Positions 58,321 through 64,000 of a stretch of 64,000 nt of DNA are shown here, piece by piece. The stretch is from Minisyncoccota bacterium (GTDB taxonomy: Bacteria > Patescibacteriota > Minisyncoccia > Phycocordibacterales > UBA1550): contig JBAZWZ010000001.1 of the NCBI GenBank assembly GCA_041660105.1, positions 64,523 to 128,522 on the forward strand. The letters are read 5' to 3'. Each line of letters begins with the position of its first letter. The first letter of the stretch is position 1. Below the pieces are notes generated by a model. It was not told where the DNA came from, ran no database searches, and saw only the letters and a program-made list of their open reading frames with translations. The position numbers and the translations under genes were made by a program.

Positions 58321-59160
58321 TTATTTTGACTTCTTGGTCTTGCGACGAGCGACGATGAGGTTGTTTGAGTACTTCTTTGGTGAACGTGTCTTGCGACCTC
58401 CTGTTACCTTTCCGTACTTTGTCTTTGGGCGCTTTGTTCCGCGACCCTGACGTCCTTCACCTCCACCGTATGGGTGGTCAACAGGGTTCATAGCAGATCC
58501 ACGAACTGTTGGACGGATTCCGAGCCAACGATTACGTCCTGCCTTACCGATGTTGCGGTGCTTGTATTCCTCGTTTGAAACAGCGCCGATTGATGCCCAC
58601 ACATTTTCTGAAACCTTACGGATTTCTCCTGAAGGCATCTTCAAGTGTGTCTGACCTCTGTCGTTTGCAACTACTTCTGCGTAGTTACCTGCTGAACGAG
58701 CGATACGTGCGCCACCATTTGGCTGAAGCTCGATGTTGTAAACGAATGTTCCAACAGGAACTTTGCGCAATGTTGTGCGGTTACCTGGCTTCAAAGGAGC
58801 TTCCTCTGAAATGATAAGTGTGTCACCTACCTTGATTCCTTGAGGAAGAAGGTTGTAACGGCGCTCACCGTCTGCGTAACATACTACACCGATGAAACCT
58901 GAGCGGTTTGGATCGTATTCAACGGTCTCAACCTTTGCAGGGATGTTGATCTTCTCGAAACGGAAGTCAATCTCACGGAATGAACGCTTGTGTCCACCTC
59001 CTTTGTGATGAGTCGTAATGCGACCAAACGCGTTGCGTCCAGAACCACGGCGGAATCCAGTCGTAAGAGACTTGAGAGGCTCGTTGGTCGTAAGCACACC
59101 ACGGTAGGTAACGATGGCGGTCTGACGATTTGAAGGTGTTGTTGGTTTAAATTTTTTCAT
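58321..59160 (-). CDS. rplB: 50S ribosomal protein L2
   Basis: Conserved L2 sequence. Confidence 0.9.
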   Translation of the reverse strand: MKKFKPTTPSNRQTAIVTYRGVLTTNEPLKSLTTGFRRGSGRNAFGRITTHHKGGGHKRSFREIDFRFEKINIPAKVETVEYDPNRSGFIGVVCYADGERRYNLLPQGIKVGDTLIISEEAPLKPGNRTTLRKVPVGTFVYNIELQPNGGARIARSAGNYAEVVANDRGQTHLKMPSGEIRKVSENVWASIGAVSNEEYKHRNIGKAGRNRWLGIRPTVRGSAMNPVDHPYGGGEGRQGRGTKRPKTKYGKVTGGRKTRSPKKYSNNLIVARRKTKKSK

Positions 59161-59171
59161 ATTGGTAAATA

Positions 59172-59528
59172 TTATACAATTTCTATTGTCTCACCCTTCT
59201 TGAGCGTGACCAACGCCTTGCGAATACCAGACTTCACACCGTTCTTTCCACGCACGAATACACGAGTGTCAGGAAGATTTATAATGTTCACACGGATTGG
59301 TGTGACATTGTAAAGCGCCTTGATCGCCTTCGCAATCTCAATCTTGTTGGTTGTCTTTGCAACCTCAAATACATAAGTATTTTTCTCTGCAAGAACAGCA
59401 GCTTTCTCCGTGATATGTGGGCGAACAATAGCGTTCACGCGCTCTCCGAGACCTACCTTGCTATCAGTCTTTTTTACTTTGGCAACCTTTGTTGTTGCTT
59501 CTTTTTTTGTTTTGTTGAAAATGGCCAT
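59172..59528 (-). CDS. rplW: 50S ribosomal protein L23
   Basis: Conserved L23 core with an N-terminal extension. Confidence 0.85.
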   Translation of the reverse strand: MAIFNKTKKEATTKVAKVKKTDSKVGLGERVNAIVRPHITEKAAVLAEKNTYVFEVAKTTNKIEIAKAIKALYNVTPIRVNIINLPDTRVFVRGKNGVKSGIRKALVTLKKGETIEIV

Positions 59529-59539
59529 GATAGTAGAGG

Positions 59540-60223
59540 TTACTTGGTAGCTGCAACTGGTGTTGCAAGCTTGCCTTCGATAAAACTAATAGCTTTCTCG
59601 GGGCTCACAATTACGACGTACTTGTGATTGAGGAGGTCAATAGGGTTCATATTCTCCACTGCATCAAACTCAACACTGCCGAAGTTTGCAAAGCTCTTGC
59701 TTGCAGCCTCTGACTTCACCCCTGTTGCGAAGTACGCAGCATTCTTGCGCTTGGTGATCATCTTCTCAAAACCTTTTACCGTTGAAAGTGATGTCAAGAT
59801 TGCCTTTGCCTCAGCTGTCTTTGGTGTCTTCATTTCGATAGCATCAACAAAGAGCACTTCTCCGTTGCGGAACTTCTCTGAGAGCACAGTGTAAAGTGCC
59901 TTTGCGCGAACTTTCTTGTTGATCTTCTTTGAGTAATCCTTCACGTTCATTGGACCGTGAGTGATCCCTCCGTGACGCCAAATAGGTGAACGAGATGATC
60001 CGTGACGAGCACGACCTGTTCCCTTTTGAGCCCAAGGCTTGATACCTCCTCCAGACACTGCACTGCGGTCCTTGACCTGAGCTGTCGACATACGTGCGTT
60101 TGAACGCATTGACTCAACAACCTGGTGTACCAAGTCTGCATTCCATGAGAGACCCCACACTTTTTCATTGAGTGCGAGCTTACCTGCTTCCTTTCCCTTT
60201 GTATTGTAAATTATTGCTTCCAT
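59540..60223 (-). CDS. rplD: 50S ribosomal protein L4
   Basis: Conserved L4 sequence. Confidence 0.9.
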   Translation of the reverse strand: MEAIIYNTKGKEAGKLALNEKVWGLSWNADLVHQVVESMRSNARMSTAQVKDRSAVSGGGIKPWAQKGTGRARHGSSRSPIWRHGGITHGPMNVKDYSKKINKKVRAKALYTVLSEKFRNGEVLFVDAIEMKTPKTAEAKAILTSLSTVKGFEKMITKRKNAAYFATGVKSEAASKSFANFGSVEFDAVENMNPIDLLNHKYVVIVSPEKAISFIEGKLATPVAATK

Positions 60224-60234
60224 AGTAGTACAGA

Positions 60235-60852
60235 TTATTTAGCGGTAGACTTAATCTCGAGGAGTGCTCCCTTGATCCCTGGTACACAACCAGATACGAG
60301 AATTTTGCCATTAGTAGTGTCGACGCCGAGCACGCGCAAACCTTTTACGCTTACACGATCACTACCCATACGGCCTGCCATACGACGACCTTTTGAAATC
60401 TTCTGCTGGCCTGTTGAGCCAATAGAACCTGGCTCACGCTCAGAGTGCTTCTGACCGTGGGTACGCTGACCTCCCTTAAACTTGTGGCGCTTGACCACAC
60501 CCTGGAAGCCCTTACCTTTTGAAGTACCAACTACGGTAACTTCATCGCCAACCTCGAATGCTCCTGCATCAACAGTATCTCCTTTCTTGAAGCTACTTGC
60601 ATCATCCATACGAAACTCACGAATTGCAGCAAAAAGCCCGAGGTCCTTGGTGTGTCCTTGGACGGCCTTTGAGATGTTTTTTGCGGCACGCGTTCCGAAG
60701 CCAACCTGCACAGCTTCGTAACCATCCTTGTCCTTCGACTTTACCTGTGTTATCGACACGGGTCCAACCGAAAGAAGTGTTGCAGCAGTCGCAAGCCCGT
60801 CAGGGCCTACGAAAGAGAACATATTTTCTTTTCTTCCTAGAATAAATTTCAT
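60235..60852 (-). CDS. rplC: 50S ribosomal protein L3
   Basis: Conserved L3 sequence. Confidence 0.9.
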   Translation of the reverse strand: MKFILGRKENMFSFVGPDGLATAATLLSVGPVSITQVKSKDKDGYEAVQVGFGTRAAKNISKAVQGHTKDLGLFAAIREFRMDDASSFKKGDTVDAGAFEVGDEVTVVGTSKGKGFQGVVKRHKFKGGQRTHGQKHSEREPGSIGSTGQQKISKGRRMAGRMGSDRVSVKGLRVLGVDTTNGKILVSGCVPGIKGALLEIKSTAK

Positions 60853-61043
60853 AACGGTAAATTACGGTAACCATTGCAATCTACACTCGCGTGTGATTGT
60901 TGGTATTTTATTAATTAATAGCACCTAAACAATTTTTAATGCTAAATTTTAAATTTTTAAATAATATTTTAATTCTTTAATTCTAAAATTAAGAAATTAG
61001 GATTTATTTTGAAATTTGAAATTAAACATTTGAAATTAGTTTC

Positions 61044-61415
61044 CTACATCATCTTCACATCGATGTTGACACCTGATGGGAGTGAAAGATTGGTGAGGGC
61101 CTCAACAACTTTTGCATCTGGATTTATGATGTCAATCAAACGCTTGTGAACACGCATTTCAAACTGCTCACGTGCATTCTTGTAAATGAATGCTGAGCGA
61201 AGTACGGTGTACTTCTTGATCTCTGTTGGAAGTGGCATTGGCCCAATGACAAGAGCATCGTAACGAAGTGCGGTGTCAACAATCTGCTTTACAGAATTGT
61301 CGAGCACTTTGTTTTCGTATGCGCGTACGCGAATACGGAGCTTGTGCGTCACTTCCTTGTCTGTTGCTTTTTTTGCTACAGATTTCGTAGTTGTTTTTTT
61401 TGTTGCTGTTGTCAT
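61044..61415 (-). CDS. rpsJ: 30S ribosomal protein S10 with N-terminal Thr/Lys-rich extension
   Basis: KLRIRVRAYE…. Confidence 0.9.
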   Translation of the reverse strand: MTTATKKTTTKSVAKKATDKEVTHKLRIRVRAYENKVLDNSVKQIVDTALRYDALVIGPMPLPTEIKKYTVLRSAFIYKNAREQFEMRVHKRLIDIINPDAKVVEALTNLSLPSGVNIDVKMM

Positions 61416-61508
61416 TTTGGGGAAGGTGCTAGGTGTTAGGTGTTAGGGTAGTAGTTAAAGCATTTTGCATTTTCCTAAAACCTAAAACCTTCAACCTCAA
61501 ACCTGTAT

Positions 61509-62702
61509 CTAAGCTATAATCTTTGTTACAACGCCTGCGCCTACCGTACGGCCTCCTTCACGGATTGCGAAGTGCTGCTCTGCCTCGAGCGCAACAGGTG
61601 CAATGAGCTTTACCTTGAGGATCACCTGATCTCCTGGCATAACCATCTCTGTTCCTGCTGGAAGTGTTGAGTCACCCGTTACGTCCGTTGTACGGATGTA
61701 GAACTGAGGCTTGTAACCATTGAAGAATGGAGTGTGACGTCCACCTTCTTCCTTAGTAAGGATGTATACGTTTGCCTCGAACTCTGTGTGAGGAGTAACT
61801 GAACCAACCTTACAAAGAACCTGTCCACGAGTAATGTCTTCCTTCTTGATACCACGGATAAGGATGCCGGCGTTATCGCCTGCCATACCCTCCTGGAGTG
61901 ACTTGTTGAACATTTCAATCCCCGTAACGGTTGTCTTTACGGTGTCCTTGAGACCAACGATTTCAACTTCCTCTCCAACCTTAACAACTCCACGCTCGAT
62001 ACGTCCGGTTACCACTGTTCCACGGCCTTCGATTGAGAATACGTCCTCAACTGGCATAAGGAATGGCTTTGCAACGTCGCGCTCAGGAACGGGGATGTAT
62101 GTGTCGAGTGCATTTACGAGATCAAGGATCTTCACAGCCCACTCATTTGCTACATCTGTCGCCTCAAGAGCCTTGAGTGCTGAACCACGGATAACGGGCG
62201 CGTTCTTTCCGTCAAAGTGATACTTTGTGAGGAGGTCGCGAACTTCTTCTTCAACCATATCGATCATTTCTGGATCATCAACCATATCGCACTTGTTGAG
62301 GAATACAACGATCTTTGGAACACCGATCTGCTCTGCAAGGAGGATGTGCTCTCGTGTCTGGGGCATCACACCGTCTGTTGCTGCAACCACCAAGATAGCG
62401 CCGTCCATCTGTGCGGCTCCTGTGATCATGTTCTTGATGTAGTCGGCGTGACCTGGCGCGTCGATGTGCGCGTAGTGACGTGAATCTGATGAATACTCCT
62501 GGTGAGAAAGCGCGATTGTAATACCGCGTGCCTTTTCTTCTGGAGAGTTGTCAATTTCATCAACTGACTTCATCTTAACTGTCTTACCTGCAAGGTGAAG
62601 AACGTTAAGAATTGCTGCGGTAAGAGTAGTCTTGCCGTGGTCTACGTGACCAATAGTACCTACGTTAACGTGAGGCTTTGAACGATCAAATGCTTCTGCC
62701 AT
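61509..62702 (-). CDS. tuf: Elongation factor Tu
   Basis: [27 protein letters not shown]. The start is at 62702. Confidence 0.95.
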   Translation of the reverse strand: MAEAFDRSKPHVNVGTIGHVDHGKTTLTAAILNVLHLAGKTVKMKSVDEIDNSPEEKARGITIALSHQEYSSDSRHYAHIDAPGHADYIKNMITGAAQMDGAILVVAATDGVMPQTREHILLAEQIGVPKIVVFLNKCDMVDDPEMIDMVEEEVRDLLTKYHFDGKNAPVIRGSALKALEATDVANEWAVKILDLVNALDTYIPVPERDVAKPFLMPVEDVFSIEGRGTVVTGRIERGVVKVGEEVEIVGLKDTVKTTVTGIEMFNKSLQEGMAGDNAGILIRGIKKEDITRGQVLCKVGSVTPHTEFEANVYILTKEEGGRHTPFFNGYKPQFYIRTTDVTGDSTLPAGTEMVMPGDQVILKVKLIAPVALEAEQHFAIREGGRTVGAGVVTKIIA

Positions 62703-62912
62703 AATGTTTGTGTTTCTTGTAATCAAGGGTTTGGACACGAGAAGTCCCTAACAAGCCTTTTATTACAAGAGAAAAATTAAATGATAATTGATAATGGTTA
62801 CATTATTCGTTTCCTCGGCTCGGTGCTGAAAAATCTAGCTTTTTCAGCACGCTCACCTTCGTCACGAATAAAAAGTACCGCATACGCGATACAAGGGTCA
62901 TACTACCAAATA

Positions 62913-62973
62913 GGGAAGAATAGTCAAGGGGGTGTCCGCGCGGCGCGCGGACACCCCCTTGACTATTCTTCCC
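62913..62973. repeat. About 60-bp perfect GC-rich palindrome in the tuf upstream region
   Basis: gggaagaatagtcaagggggtgtccgcgcg|gcgcgcggacacccccttgactattcttccc. Confidence 0.7.
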
Positions 62974-62983
62974 CAAACAACCC

Positions 62984-63361
62984 CTATTTAACCAAATAAC
63001 TCTCCACCTTTTCCACTACTTCCTGTATTGAGTGCTGGACCTTGATTAAATACTCATTTACCCCAAGCTCTTCTGCGCGCATCTTGTCAGAATCCTGTCC
63101 GAGATTAGACAAGACAATGACAGGAATCTTCGCTAATATTGGATTTTTCTTGATTTCTTCAAGAACCGCGAAACCGTCCTTTTTGGGAAGCATCAGGTCG
63201 AGGATGATGAGATCTGGGACTTCGCTGGTAATTTTTGCAATTGCCTCCTCCCCATCGACTGCAAGAATAGTCTCAAACCCCTTTTGGGTAAGCTCCATAT
63301 TATACACCTTTGCTACATGCACATCGTCCTCAACTATCATTACTTTCTTGGGGTTGTTCAT
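62984..63361 (-). CDS. Stand-alone response-regulator receiver domain protein, paralog of 2414..2827
   Basis: VMIVEDD…DLIILDLMLPKKDGF…VLSNLGQ. The start is at 63361. Confidence 0.85.
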   Translation of the reverse strand: MNNPKKVMIVEDDVHVAKVYNMELTQKGFETILAVDGEEAIAKITSEVPDLIILDLMLPKKDGFAVLEEIKKNPILAKIPVIVLSNLGQDSDKMRAEELGVNEYLIKVQHSIQEVVEKVESYLVK

Positions 63362-63468
63362 ATGTTTGTATTGTTTAGAGATAATAATTGATTGAATTTC
63401 CAGATCCATACTCTCGAGCCCACTTTTGACTTTAAGACTTTTGACGTTCGACTAGAGCGAAGCGACCC

Positions 63469-63987
63469 CTACATATCCTCGTAGATACCTTTTGGTTTTT
63501 GAAGTTTCCCGAATCCTATAAGGAGGAGGCTGAGTGCTACATACACAAAAAAGTGAGAAATATATACGTTTTGAATTAGTGAAATCCCAAAATCCTGAAG
63601 CACCTCGTATGCTTCAAAATATTCTGAAAATCCAGTTAGAATGAGGAGAATTGTCGCAGGGATGGAGTAGTGCGAAAACTCTGTAAAGACGGGCATTATT
63701 TCTCGCAACCTTCTGAGCGCTAAGATTCCTACGACTCCTGCAACAGTGATTCCCGTAAGAATGAGCTTGGGGAACCATACGGGAAACCACGACACGACTG
63801 CGGGAGAAATACTTGGTGCAATAAGACCAACAATACAGAGAGCAAAAAACGCCCAAAGTGCAACCATAATAGCCTGAGATTTGTTGTAATAAATGCGGAA
63901 AACAAACGCAAGAGAAAGAAACGCGCTGAGAATCCACACAAAGTAGCTTGCCTCGACGGTGAGCTGTACCACATCTGGCCTAATCAA
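63469..63987 (-). CDS. Hypothetical polytopic membrane protein
   Basis: 172 aa with 5–6 TM segments. Confidence 0.4.
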   Translation of the reverse strand: MIRPDVVQLTVEASYFVWILSAFLSLAFVFRIYYNKSQAIMVALWAFFALCIVGLIAPSISPAVVSWFPVWFPKLILTGITVAGVVGILALRRLREIMPVFTEFSHYSIPATILLILTGFSEYFEAYEVLQDFGISLIQNVYISHFFVYVALSLLLIGFGKLQKPKGIYEDM

Positions 63988-64000
63988 AAAAATATTTAAA

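Noticed and set aside
58011-58358. 115-aa plus-strand ORF.
   Set aside because: It is produced by translating the two identical tandem repeat units, as shown by the internal protein repeat. It lies in the rplB terminator region.

Overview
This window reads as a small, streamlined bacterial genome, and the gene content resembles Candidate Phyla Radiation (Patescibacteria) genomes. The main blocks are: (i) a type IV pilus / competence cluster (pilC partial, pilT, receiver, pilB, PilO/N-like, pilM, comF); (ii) housekeeping genes (tRNA-Ser, pgsA-like, M3 peptidase, recG, tRNA-Ile(UAU), VanY-like peptidase, ftsH, smpB, tmRNA); (iii) a putative integrated element abutting the 3' end of the tmRNA gene, starting with a large serine recombinase and carrying about 9 kb of unknown cargo, including a candidate HTH / TM-protein / Mrr-cat-nuclease operon, paralogous small HCH..WCQH proteins and structured tandem repeats; (iv) cydAB, infC-rpmI-rplT and ndk; (v) a large DUF87/HerA-like ATPase; (vi) a long minus-strand ribosomal-protein super-operon (tuf, S10, spc, secY-adk-map) with no L30 gene and two non-ribosomal insertions. 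Several families of long palindromic or heptamer-flanked hairpin repeats sit in intergenic regions. All calls are from reading the six-frame translations and the DNA by eye; no database searches were run.
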